Source of the DNA: an uncultured Methylomirabilota bacterium
GTDB taxonomy: Bacteria > Methylomirabilota > Methylomirabilia > Methylomirabilales > 2-02-FULL-66-22
Length of the DNA stretch: 64,000 nt
Assembly (NCBI GenBank): GCA_963705305.1
Contig: OY970067.1
Location: forward strand, 4,992,001 to 5,056,000
Direction of reading: 5' to 3'
Shown here: piece after piece, positions 38,948 to 48,596 of the stretch
How positions within the stretch are numbered: the stretch's first letter is position 1
How the letters are laid out: each line of letters begins with the position of its first letter
Position numbers and translations under genes: made by a program
Notes under the pieces: generated by a model
Told to the model about the DNA's origin: nothing
The model's database searches: none
The model's input: the letters and a program-made list of their open reading frames with translations, nothing else

Positions 38948-41662
38948 ATGCCCTCACGATCCATCATCGGCTCGATCATCCTCGCCTTCATCGCACTCAA
39001 TCTGCTGGGACAAACGCTGCCGCTCTACACCGACTATCTCTGGTTCCAGGAAGTCCATCTGACCTCGGTCTTCACCACCATCCTGTGGATGAAGGTGCTC
39101 ATGGGAGTCCTCGTCGGCCTGGCCTTCGCCGTCCTGGTCTACCTGAACGTCCACATGGCGGCCCGCCCCACGCCGGGCGACGTCCTCGTGGAGCTGGACG
39201 ATCCCCTCGGCCTCCCCAGTCGCCTGGTCATCGAGCCCCTGTTCCAAAAGCTGCTCCTCCCGGGGGCGCTGGTCCTCGGGTTCCTGGCGGCCTTCCAGGG
39301 TGTCTCGCAGTGGGAGACCGTCCTGCGCTTCCTGAACGGCCAGCCCTTCAACACGCCAGACCCCCTCTTCGGCCGCGACATCGGCTTCTACGTGTTTCGC
39401 CTCCCCTTCCTAGAGATGCTCTACGGCTGGGCGCTGGCGGCGCTGGGGGTCACTTTCCTGCTGGTCCTGGCAACCTATGTCCTGCACCGCGGGATCCAGA
39501 TCACGCCACGCGGCTTGCGGGTGGCCACCCGGGCCCGCGCCCACCTGCTGGCGCTGGGGGCCCTGCTCCTGATCGTCAAGGCTGCCGGCTACTACCTGAA
39601 CACCTTCGACCTGCTCCTGTCTCCCCAGGGCATCGTGTTCGGGGCCAGCTACACGGATATCAACGCCCAGCTGCCCGCCTTGCACATCCTGACCATCCTA
39701 ACCCTGGCGGCAGCGGCGGTCTGCATCTGGCAGATCGGCCGCGCGGGTGCGCGCCCGGTCTACGTCACGCTGGCGGTCCTGCTGGGGGTCAACATCCTGG
39801 GCCTGGGTGTGTACCCGGCCCTGCTCCAGCGAGTCCGCGTGGTGCCCAACGAGCTGGTGGCGGAGCGGCCCTACATCGAGCAGAACATCAAGTACACGCG
39901 GATGGCCTACGGGCTGGATCGCATCCGGGAGGAGGAGTTCCCGGCCTCCGAGACCCTGACCGCCGCCGACCTGGCCAACAACAGCGCCACCATCCAGAAC
40001 ATCCGGCTGTGGGATCACCGTCCCCTGCTCGCCACCTACGCTCAGCTCCAGGAGATCCGGACGTACTACCAGTTCGTAGACGTGGACAACGACCGCTACG
40101 AGGTGAACGGACAGCTTCGGCAGGTCATGCTCTCGCCGCGCGAGCTCTCCTACACCCACTTGCCCAGCCGAATTTGGATCAACGAGCGGCTCACCTACAC
40201 CCACGGCTACGGTGTGGTCCTGGGCCCGGTGAATCGCGTCACACCGGAAGGGCTGCCGGAGTTCTGGATCCAGGACATTCCCCCCGCCTCCTCGCAATCA
40301 ATCAAGGTCACTCGCCCCGAGATCTACTACGGGGAGACCGCTAACGACTACGTCTTCGTCAAGACACATGCGCAGGAGCTGGACTATCCCGCCGGCGACA
40401 AGAACGTCTACACCTCCTACACTGGGAGCGGGGGCGTTCCCATCCAGTCGTTCTGGCGCAAGCTGATCTTCTCCCTCCGCTTCGGGGATCCCAAGATCAT
40501 CCTGTCGAACGACATCGTAGACGACAGCCGGGTGATGTACTATCGGGACATCGAAGAGCGGGTCAAGCGGGCGGCTCCGTTCATCCTGTTCGACCCCGAT
40601 CCGTACCTGGTCATCGGCGCAGGCGGCCGCCTCTTCTGGATTATCGACGGGTACACCACCACCGACCGCTTCCCATATTCCGAGCCGGTCCGCGGGATTG
40701 GCAATTACATCCGCAACTCGGTGAAGGCCGTCGTGGACGCCTACAACGGCAGCCTGGCTTTTTACCTCAGCGAGCCGAACGACCCGGTGGTCCAGACGTA
40801 CGCGCGGGCCTTCCCCGGCCTGTTTCAGCCTCTGTCCGCCATGCCCGCCGATCTCAGGCCCCACATTCGTTATCCCCAGGGGCTGTTCTCCATCCAGGCC
40901 CGCATGTACGCCACCTACCATATGCAGGACCCCCAGGTCTTCTACAATAAGGAGGACCTGTGGTCCATTCCCAAGCGGGTCTCCGACGGGCAGGAGCAGG
41001 AGATGGAGCCGTACTACACCATCATGCGGCTCCCGGGGGAGCAGGGAGAGGAGTTCATCCTGCTCACCCCCTTCAACCCCAGCAAGAAGGACAACATGAT
41101 CGCGTGGATGGCTGCTCGCAGCGATGGGCCCCACTACGGCACGCTGATCGCGTACGTCTTTCCGAAGCAGAAGCTGATTTACGGCCCCCGGCAGATCGAG
41201 GCGCGTATCGACCAGGACGCGTTCATTTCACAGCAGTTGAGCCTGTGGAGCCAGCGGGGCTCTCAGGTCATCCGGGGCAGCCTGCTCGCCATCCCCATCG
41301 AGAAGTCCCTCCTCTACGTCCAGCCCCTCTACCTGGCGGCCGAGAAAGGATCCCTGCCCGAGTTGAAGCGGGTCATTGTTGCCTTCGGCAACCAGATCGC
41401 CATGGAGGAGACCCTGGAGGCCTCCCTGGACCAACTGTTCGGAACCCCCGGCAGGCAGCGGGAGGTTGCCGCCATGGAGGCGCCGGCCCGGGGCGCGCAG
41501 CGGCCCCCCAGAGAGCTCGGCGTGCGCGGATTGGCGGCTCAGGCGTGGCAGCAGTATTCCCGGGGCCAGGACCTGCTCCGCCAGGGAGACTTTGCGGGCT
41601 ACGGGGAGCAGATGCGACAGCTGGAAGGCACGCTGAAGAAGCTGCAGGAGCAGGCGCGCTGA
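38948..41662 (+). CDS. UPF0182 family membrane protein
   Basis: YTDYLWF, DPLFGRDIGFYVF, NIRLWD, YTHGYG, NYIRNSVK, LYVQPLYL. Confidence 0.93.
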   Translation: MPSRSIIGSIILAFIALNLLGQTLPLYTDYLWFQEVHLTSVFTTILWMKVLMGVLVGLAFAVLVYLNVHMAARPTPGDVLVELDDPLGLPSRLVIEPLFQKLLLPGALVLGFLAAFQGVSQWETVLRFLNGQPFNTPDPLFGRDIGFYVFRLPFLEMLYGWALAALGVTFLLVLATYVLHRGIQITPRGLRVATRARAHLLALGALLLIVKAAGYYLNTFDLLLSPQGIVFGASYTDINAQLPALHILTILTLAAAAVCIWQIGRAGARPVYVTLAVLLGVNILGLGVYPALLQRVRVVPNELVAERPYIEQNIKYTRMAYGLDRIREEEFPASETLTAADLANNSATIQNIRLWDHRPLLATYAQLQEIRTYYQFVDVDNDRYEVNGQLRQVMLSPRELSYTHLPSRIWINERLTYTHGYGVVLGPVNRVTPEGLPEFWIQDIPPASSQSIKVTRPEIYYGETANDYVFVKTHAQELDYPAGDKNVYTSYTGSGGVPIQSFWRKLIFSLRFGDPKIILSNDIVDDSRVMYYRDIEERVKRAAPFILFDPDPYLVIGAGGRLFWIIDGYTTTDRFPYSEPVRGIGNYIRNSVKAVVDAYNGSLAFYLSEPNDPVVQTYARAFPGLFQPLSAMPADLRPHIRYPQGLFSIQARMYATYHMQDPQVFYNKEDLWSIPKRVSDGQEQEMEPYYTIMRLPGEQGEEFILLTPFNPSKKDNMIAWMAARSDGPHYGTLIAYVFPKQKLIYGPRQIEARIDQDAFISQQLSLWSQRGSQVIRGSLLAIPIEKSLLYVQPLYLAAEKGSLPELKRVIVAFGNQIAMEETLEASLDQLFGTPGRQREVAAMEAPARGAQRPPRELGVRGLAAQAWQQYSRGQDLLRQGDFAGYGEQMRQLEGTLKKLQEQAR

Positions 41663-41693
41663 CCGGCGGATGTCCGCGGGAGGCGGCTTCGCC

Positions 41694-42440
41694 TCACGGG
41701 AGGGGCCGCCCTGGGCGCCCGCCCTCGGGCGGGGCATCCGGAGCGGGCTGGGTCGGCGCGGCCTGGCGCTGCTGGTATTCGTCCACGGTGGAGCCAATCC
41801 ACTCCTGGCCGTCCGTCCAGACCTCTTTCTTCCAGATCGGCACGATCTCTTTGACGCGCTCGATGGCGTGGGCGCAAGCCTGCAAGGCCTCACGGCGGTG
41901 CGGCGACGAGACCACAATGGCCACGCTGGTTTCGCCGATCTGGAGCCGGCCGATCCGGTGGACGATGGCAACCTGGTCGATCGGCCAGCGCCCCCGGATC
42001 TCCTCACCAATGGCGCGCATCGCGGCCAGCGCCATCTCCGGATACGCGTCGTACTCCAAGTACAGGACCTGACGCCCCCGCGAGAACTCTCGCACCACAC
42101 CCACGAAGCTGGCGATCGCCCCCGAGGTGGTTTGCCGCATCGCGGACGCCAGCGCATCCAACGAGAGCCGCTCCTCCGTGACCTCGTAGCGGTCCAGACC
42201 GCCGCTTACCGGGGGAATAAGGGCAACTTCGTCACCGTCCTCCAGAATCTGGCCGCCCGCAACGTACTCCCGGTTCACGGAGAGACGAGAGAGGGCCGAC
42301 AACCTTGCCAGGCCGGGATATTCGGCGAGGAGCCGCCGCAGCAACCCCTCCACCGTGAGCCCGTCAGGGACCTCCAAGGCGATCTCCCGCTGTCCCACGA
42401 TATCCCTGGCTGCTGCAAAGAATCTCATTCGAACTGTCAT
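41694..42440 (-). CDS. Fused molybdopterin synthase MoaD-MoaE
   Basis: MoaD part RFFAAARD...DEVALIPPVSGG fused to MoaE part GAIASFVGVVR...LEYDAY...HRIG...PIWKKE. Confidence 0.9.
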   Translation of the reverse strand: MTVRMRFFAAARDIVGQREIALEVPDGLTVEGLLRRLLAEYPGLARLSALSRLSVNREYVAGGQILEDGDEVALIPPVSGGLDRYEVTEERLSLDALASAMRQTTSGAIASFVGVVREFSRGRQVLYLEYDAYPEMALAAMRAIGEEIRGRWPIDQVAIVHRIGRLQIGETSVAIVVSSPHRREALQACAHAIERVKEIVPIWKKEVWTDGQEWIGSTVDEYQQRQAAPTQPAPDAPPEGGRPGRPLP

Positions 42441-42811
42441 GGAAGGCCGCCCGATCGCTTCGGCCGGGTGAGATCCAGGGCCGGAGGGAGAGGGTACTGC
42501 CAGTCCACGTCTTCGTGACGCCTGAGGCCCACCGCCTCGCGCTGGATGATGAGGTGGTGGCGAAGAATCTGGACGTGCCGTGCCAGCCGGAAATACTGAT
42601 CCCATTTCTCCTGCATCCCGGCTTCCAGGTGTGCCTCCTGCTGTTGGCACGACGGGATTGACGCCCAAATTTGCATCAGCTCCCGTCCGGCCATCTCCAA
42701 ATCTCTGATTGCGCGCTCCAGCCGCTCACCCGCCCGCCCCAAGGCCTCGGCTTTTTCCTTTCGGATCTCCGAATCTATCTTCTCAAGTGCGTCTTTCATT
42801 TCCATCCACAT
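42437..42811 (-). CDS. Helical hypothetical protein
   Basis: EIRKEKAEALGRAGERLE...LIIQREAVGLR; overlaps the moaDE start. Confidence 0.65.
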   Translation of the reverse strand: MWMEMKDALEKIDSEIRKEKAEALGRAGERLERAIRDLEMAGRELMQIWASIPSCQQQEAHLEAGMQEKWDQYFRLARHVQILRHHLIIQREAVGLRRHEDVDWQYPLPPALDLTRPKRSGGLP

Positions 42812-43413
42812 GATGAATGTTGCTCTTTACTTAATTCTTTTTCATGTTTGACAATATGTCATAGATGGATACTATTTGTATTAAAAACGAATATAAAGTA
42901 TTAGATTCAACATGTTATAAACTTAGCTGGCTGCAAAATAACATGTGTGTGACCTTCTGTCAACGGCTTTCGAAATGTCATAACTTCAAGTTTTTCAGTG
43001 AGTTTTAGCTGTGACAGGTGAATTCGGCCTTGACGAAATGCCTCTTTTCATGTTAGTAAACCTTCGTAAGTTATTGACTATATCGCTCTTACGGTTACAC
43101 AAGAATGGGGCGTGCGGATCCTTCCACCGGTCCTGTCATTTTCCCCGTGACGCTGTTTCCGCACGGCACGGCCGTGCGGTGTTATTCTTCCATAATGTCT
43201 CTTTCGAATGTGGGTGGCGTGGGGTCCCGGCGAGGGGGAGCCAAACGCGCCGCGCACGCACGCGACGGCAGGAACCACACACCTGTTTGGGAGGTGCCGG
43301 ATTGTGCCGGCGCTTGTCAGGTGCAAGCAGCGAGCCGAGAGGAATTCTCTCCGCGGACTCGAACGCGGACGATCTCAGGGTCGAGACCGAAGTGAGGACG
43401 GGCGGGAGAGTCC

Positions 43414-45123
43414 ATGACGATTAAGGTGCTCGCCGAATCGGCCAAGGAGAAAGGCCGGCTGCTGAGCCAACTCGTCAGACACCTTTTGGATGAGCTAGGC
43501 TACGACGATTTTCGCGTGCAGGTAGCGGCGACCGGGATGGACCTGGAGGCCAAAGCCAAGCACCGAGCCACCCAGGCCCCGATCCTGTGCAAGGTCCGCG
43601 CCTTGCCGCGCGAGATCGGTCCGGACGAGTTGAAGCGATTCCTAGCCGACTACGCCAAGAGCAAGCGGAAGGATCGCCGCTTCGTCGGCCTGCTGCTGGC
43701 TTTTTCCGGGCTGAGCCAGTCCGCCCGCGACTGGTATGCCAACATGGAGGAAAAAGGGAAAGGCGAATTCCATGTTTTTGCGCCGGAGAAGATCCTGGCC
43801 TTGCTCCGGCGCGCGCGGCTGATCGGTTCGCCCGAGGTGGTCGAGCCGGCCGTCAAGTCCCGGATCCGCACCGATGCCGGCCCACGCTTTCTGGCCTACC
43901 ACGAAGGCCACATGTTCTGGGTCCAGACGATCCTCAGCGGACGCAAGCCGACCAGCTATGCGGTGCTGGGTTCCCACGGAGAGCTGATCTCCCGGGTGGT
44001 GGCCCGGGAACTGAAACGGCTCGACCCCGCCCTCCAGGGCAAACGCTTGGTGGACCTGTTCCTCCGCGACAAGATTTTCCTCGCGCTCTTGGATATGGTC
44101 CCGCGCAATCTGGAGGCCCTGGCCAAGGAGGCGCGGGAGCCTCTGGCTGATGTCCGCGAGGCGATCCAGGACCTGCTGCGGGAGAATGTCCTGACCGTGG
44201 AATCGGGCGGCCAGCCGCGCTGGAAAACGGATCGCTACAGCTTGCGTCCCGACCTGGGCCTCTTCCTCTCCCTGGCCCGGCAGTACCTGGAGGGACCCAA
44301 TAGGTTCCGGTTCCTGAGCTCGGCCTTCGCGGTCAATCTGCTGGCGGCGGACGTGCCCGGCTACCTCGAGGGGCGCTGGCGCTTCCGTGGCTCCGAGCGG
44401 GATCGCGCGGGCCTGTACCGCTTCCTGACGCTGACTCCCAGCGGTCTTAACCACATGCTCTTCACCCCGACCGACCGCTACGCCGCGACCGACGGCGAGG
44501 CCCGCGCGGGGCTGGGATACGCAGAGCGCGAGCGCATGCGCATTCCCCATATGCAGCGGCTGCTGGCCGATCTCCTGGTGCGGATGGCCAACGACATGGA
44601 GCAGCCGCAATTCCAAGAGCTGCTGGTCACCAAGGGGGTCAAGGTTCACCTCCTTCGCATGATCGCCAAAGGGGCCACCATCAACGACCTGTGGTTCAAT
44701 CTCGATGCCGAGAGCTTGCTGGCGCTGGGGCGGACCGGTGGCGCGAGCCGCTCTGCCCAAACCGGCCGTGTCGAGACCGACCATTTCATCGACCTGGGCA
44801 CCGCCCTGCTGCACGCCGGCGAGTACGAGCAGGCGGTGGCCCAGTTCGATCGCGGCATCAAGGAGGTCCGCGATCCCAGCCGCCTCCTGACCGCCTGGAA
44901 TCAACGCGGGCTGTGCCTGGTCCATCTCAAGAAGTTCACCGACGCCACCACCTGCTTCAACGAGGCGCTGCGCTACAACGGGAACTCCAAGGCGGCCTGG
45001 TTCTACAAAGCCGTCTGCCTGAAAGAGCTGGGGGACCTGAGTGGAGCCCAGCGCTGCTGCCGGCGCGCCCTGGAAATCGATCCGACCTACGCCGAGGCGC
45101 GCGAGCTCTCGCAGATCCTCTGA
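43414..45123 (+). CDS. Protein with Mrr-like PD-(D/E)XK N-terminal domain, central wHTH-like region and C-terminal TPRs
   Basis: KGRLLSQLVRHLLDELGY...GMDLEA...GLLLAFSGLSQSA; TPRs AWNQRGLCL, AWFYKAVCL, RALEIDPTY. Confidence 0.7.
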   Translation: MTIKVLAESAKEKGRLLSQLVRHLLDELGYDDFRVQVAATGMDLEAKAKHRATQAPILCKVRALPREIGPDELKRFLADYAKSKRKDRRFVGLLLAFSGLSQSARDWYANMEEKGKGEFHVFAPEKILALLRRARLIGSPEVVEPAVKSRIRTDAGPRFLAYHEGHMFWVQTILSGRKPTSYAVLGSHGELISRVVARELKRLDPALQGKRLVDLFLRDKIFLALLDMVPRNLEALAKEAREPLADVREAIQDLLRENVLTVESGGQPRWKTDRYSLRPDLGLFLSLARQYLEGPNRFRFLSSAFAVNLLAADVPGYLEGRWRFRGSERDRAGLYRFLTLTPSGLNHMLFTPTDRYAATDGEARAGLGYAERERMRIPHMQRLLADLLVRMANDMEQPQFQELLVTKGVKVHLLRMIAKGATINDLWFNLDAESLLALGRTGGASRSAQTGRVETDHFIDLGTALLHAGEYEQAVAQFDRGIKEVRDPSRLLTAWNQRGLCLVHLKKFTDATTCFNEALRYNGNSKAAWFYKAVCLKELGDLSGAQRCCRRALEIDPTYAEARELSQIL

Positions 45124-45128
45124 CCCCC

Positions 45129-46259
45129 ATGTCCATCGAGCTGGTGTGCGCCACCTGCGGCCGGGCAGCCTCGCCCTCGACGCGAAGCTGGCGCTGTGCC
45201 TGCGGCGGGTTGTATGGGCTGCGGGCTCCGGCGGCGTTCCCCCGGAACGCCATTCGGAGCCGTCCGGCCACCCTCTGGCGATACCGCGAGGCGCTGCCGC
45301 TGCCCGCTGATTGCGAGCCGGTCACACTGGGCGAACCAGTGACCCCCCTCCTGCCCTGGCCTGCCGTCGCCGGCTGCCTCCTCAAGGCGGAGTGCCTGTT
45401 CCCCTCCGGATCGTTCAAGGACCGGGGCGCCTGTGTGATGCTCAGCCACATGCGGTCCCAGGGCGTTCGGGACGCGGTGGAGGATTCCTCCGGGAACGCC
45501 GGGGCAGCCGTCGCGGCGTATGCGGCCCGCGCTGGCATCGCATGTCGAATCTTCGTCCCGGCGGCCGCCTCAACCGGCAAGCTGACGCAGATCGCGGCCT
45601 ACGGGGCCACCGTTGTCCCCGTCTCGGGCAGCCGTGAGGATACGGCAGCCGCCACGCGGGCGGAAGCCGAGCGCTGCTATTACGCCAGCCACGTCTTCAA
45701 TCCGTTCTTCCTGCACGGCTGCAAGACCTTTGCCTTCGAGATCTGGGAGCAGCTGGGATGTCGCGCCCCGGACGCGCTGATTCTTCCCGTCGGCAACGGC
45801 ACGCTGTATCTGGGGGCCTATCTGGGCTTCCGCGATCTGCAGGCGGCGGGAGAGATCCCGCGGCTCCCCCGGCTCATCGGCGTCCAGGCGGAGTCGTGTG
45901 CCCCGCTGGCAGCCCGGTGGCACGGGCGGCCGGCCGGCGCCCCGGGGTCCACGCTGGCGGAGGGGATTCGCATCGCCCAGCCGGAACGCGGGGCGGAGAT
46001 TCTGGCGGCCTGCCGCGAGACGGACGGCGATTTCGTCACCGTCAGCGAGTCGGAGATCGCTGCGGCGCTCCTTGCCCTGGCGGCAGTCGGCCTGTATGTG
46101 GAGCCGACGGCCGCGGCAGCGCCCGCCGCGGCCCTGCAGCAGGTCGCTGCCGGGTGCCTGTCCGCCCGGGAGACCACGGTCGTCCCCCTCACCGGCTCCG
46201 GCCTCAAGGCCGGGTCCGCCATCTCGGAGATCCTGAAGGCCCGCCGCCGGCCCGCCTAA
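45129..46259 (+). CDS. thrC: Threonine synthase-like PLP enzyme
   Basis: N-terminal Cys pairs; PSGSFKDRG, SSGNAG, PVGNGTL, VEPTAA, LTGSGLK. Confidence 0.8.
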   Translation: MSIELVCATCGRAASPSTRSWRCACGGLYGLRAPAAFPRNAIRSRPATLWRYREALPLPADCEPVTLGEPVTPLLPWPAVAGCLLKAECLFPSGSFKDRGACVMLSHMRSQGVRDAVEDSSGNAGAAVAAYAARAGIACRIFVPAAASTGKLTQIAAYGATVVPVSGSREDTAAATRAEAERCYYASHVFNPFFLHGCKTFAFEIWEQLGCRAPDALILPVGNGTLYLGAYLGFRDLQAAGEIPRLPRLIGVQAESCAPLAARWHGRPAGAPGSTLAEGIRIAQPERGAEILAACRETDGDFVTVSESEIAAALLALAAVGLYVEPTAAAAPAAALQQVAAGCLSARETTVVPLTGSGLKAGSAISEILKARRRPA

Positions 46260-46392
46260 TCACCCGCCGTACCGCAGGCCCGGAGGCGGTACTGTCTGGT
46301 TTTTGCCTTGCAGGCCGCCCGCACCTTGGGTAAGGTACGGGCAGGCACCGCATGCGGGCCGCCCCCGCGGCGGCTCGGAAGGGGGACGAACG

Positions 46393-46620
46393 ATGGCCAT
46401 CGCCTATATCTTGGTCGAAGCGGTTCCCCGAAAAGCCCGCAGCGCCTGCGGGAAGATTGCCCGCCTGGCCGGCGTCAAGTCCGCCCACCTAGTCACAGGA
46501 CCGTACGACATCATCGTCCTGGCGGAGGCCAAGGACCCGGCGGCCATCGGCAGGCTCGTCATGTCGAGAATCCAGGGGGTGGACGGTGTCGGCCGAACCA
46601 TCACCTGCGTTGTCGTGTAG
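46393..46620 (+). CDS. Stand-alone Lrp/AsnC ligand-binding domain protein
   Basis: AYILV...VTGPYDII...IQGVDGVGRTITC. Confidence 0.8.
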   Translation: MAIAYILVEAVPRKARSACGKIARLAGVKSAHLVTGPYDIIVLAEAKDPAAIGRLVMSRIQGVDGVGRTITCVVV

Positions 46621-46718
46621 GGCGACCGGGGCGCGCGGCTCATCCGGTCGCCGGGACTCTGGCGCGCCGTGCTCGAGGCAGGGCGAGGCTCCCGCCGCCG
46701 GTCTGCCGGAACGCCTAG

Positions 46719-46793
46719 CAGGCTGCTGGAAATGCGCCTTGCACCTGGACCTTTTTGAGCAGCCTGGGCGAAAACGGGATTTTCAGCATCCTG
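46719..46793. mobile_element. MITE-like element, copy 2 (75 bp) flanked by a CTAG duplication
   Basis: CTAG-CAGGCTGCTGGAAA...TTTTCAGCATCCTG-CTAG; reverse complement aligns to 35145-35196; right CTAG holds the pepA stop. Confidence 0.8.
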
Positions 46794-48341
46794 CTAGGGG
46801 CTGAGGAGTTCCTGCGCCAGTGCGACAAACGTCCGCACCATGACGCCCGTGGCCCCCTTGGGTTGATACCCCTTCTCCTTGTCCGTCTCGGACGTCCCGG
46901 CGATGTCCAGGTGCACCCACGGCGTCTCTCCCACGAAGCGCTGCAGGAACTTCGCCGCAGTGATGGCCCCGCCCTTCCGGCCCCCCGTGTTCTTGACCGC
47001 GGCGATGTCGCTCTTGAGCAGCTCATCGTACTCCGGATCGGTCGGCATGGGCCAGAGCTTCTCCCCGGTGGTCTTCGCAGCGCGCAGGAGGGCGTCCAGC
47101 AGTCCCTGGTCGCTGGCGAAGGCCCCGCTGGTGATCGTGCCCAGCGCCACCACGCAGGCGCCGGTGAGGGTGGCGACATCCACCAGGTGGGTCACCCCGC
47201 GAGTCCGGGCGTAGTGGAGTGCGTCCGCCAGGATCAGTCGTCCCTCCGCATCGGTATTGATCACTTCGATGGTCGTGCCGTTCATGGCCCGGAGGACATC
47301 GCCCGGCTTCAGGGCCGTGCCGCTGGGTAGGTTCTCCGTCGCCGGCACGACCCCCGTGACCCGCACGGGAAGCTTCAGCCGAGCGATGGCGCAGAGCGAT
47401 GTGATGACCGCCGCGGCCCCGGCCATATCCCCCTTCATGGTCTCCATGTTCTCCGCCGGCTTGAGAGAGATCCCGCCCGAATCAAAGGTGATGCCCTTGC
47501 CCACCAGCCCCAGGTGGGGACCGGTCGGCCGTCCGCCCCGGTACTCCAGGAGGATGAGCCGGGGCGGCTCCTGGCTGCCGCGCGCCACCCCCAGCAGGGC
47601 GCCGGCCCGCAGGCGGCGCAGCTCCGGCGGGCCCAGCACGCGACAGCGGACCCCTGCGCGGCGGGCCATCGCCGCCGCGCGGCGGCCCAGCTCGGTCGGG
47701 GTCAGGGCGTTGGCGGGCTCGTTCACCAGATCGCGGGCCGCATTGGTGGCCTCGGCCGCGATCCGCCCGCGACGGACCGCCTCGCCCAGCACCCGCAGTG
47801 TGTGCGGATCGGACTCGAGAATGGCGAGCGTCTGGATGGCCCGCTCCTCCTCGCCGCTTCCCTTGTAGCGCGTGAACCGGTAGAGGCCGAGCAGCGCGCC
47901 CTCCACCAGCGCCTGGGCGGCCTGTGCGCGGTTGAATTCGCCCATCCGGGCGAGGTGCAGCACGCTCCCGAAGCGACGCGCGCCGATCCGCCGGAGGTAC
48001 CGGGCCGTTTCCGCCGAGGCCACCCGCAGGCGATCCAGGGTGAACTCCTCCGGGCGTCCCAGGCCCGCCACCAGGATCCGGCCGGCCGGAAGCCGCCCCA
48101 GCGTGTGGATCAGGGTCTGCTCTCCCCATTTGCCCGTGGCTTCTCCCGACTGCACGAGACGGCGGATGGCGCCATCCAGGGCGGCATCCGCTGCCGCCGT
48201 GGCGCCCTCCAGGTCGCCGGCGGCGGCGGTGCGCACCGGGCGGCGAAGCGGGGCTCCCACCCGGGCCCCTTCAAACAGCCCGACCACCAGCGCGTCACCC
48301 CGGAACGCGGCGGCATCCCCCTGCACCACCCGAATGTCCAA
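46794..48341 (-). CDS. pepA: Leucyl aminopeptidase (M17)
   Basis: VGKGITFDSGG, MKGDMAG, NTDAEGRL, ATLTGA, HLDIAG; TTG start after AAGGAG. Confidence 0.93.
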   Translation of the reverse strand: MDIRVVQGDAAAFRGDALVVGLFEGARVGAPLRRPVRTAAAGDLEGATAAADAALDGAIRRLVQSGEATGKWGEQTLIHTLGRLPAGRILVAGLGRPEEFTLDRLRVASAETARYLRRIGARRFGSVLHLARMGEFNRAQAAQALVEGALLGLYRFTRYKGSGEEERAIQTLAILESDPHTLRVLGEAVRRGRIAAEATNAARDLVNEPANALTPTELGRRAAAMARRAGVRCRVLGPPELRRLRAGALLGVARGSQEPPRLILLEYRGGRPTGPHLGLVGKGITFDSGGISLKPAENMETMKGDMAGAAAVITSLCAIARLKLPVRVTGVVPATENLPSGTALKPGDVLRAMNGTTIEVINTDAEGRLILADALHYARTRGVTHLVDVATLTGACVVALGTITSGAFASDQGLLDALLRAAKTTGEKLWPMPTDPEYDELLKSDIAAVKNTGGRKGGAITAAKFLQRFVGETPWVHLDIAGTSETDKEKGYQPKGATGVMVRTFVALAQELLSP

Positions 48342-48596
48342 GGCTGGCTCCTTTCCGGCGGACGCAATCGCGCCGTCGCATTCACTCCCGGTCCGCTCCC
48401 TCCAGCGGCGTGTGGCCGCTCGCTCCATCGCCGGACCATGCCTGCCCCTTATAGCGCAGAAAGCCGAACCCGTCCAGCCCGGGCGTCGAGGACGCTTTAC
48501 ATTCGTGACGTGCCCGCGCTAGTATGGCGGCAGAATGCTTCCCTGCAGGCCGTGCTGCTTGACCTTCACCCCAGCTCCGCCAGGAGGACACCAGCG

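Noticed and set aside
42812..43105. AT-rich region as oriC
   Set aside because: No TTATCCACA-type DnaA boxes and no dnaA/dnaN-type neighbours.
43165..43178. Sigma54-like CGGCACGGCCGTGC
   Set aside because: GG-to-GC spacing is 9 rather than the required 10.
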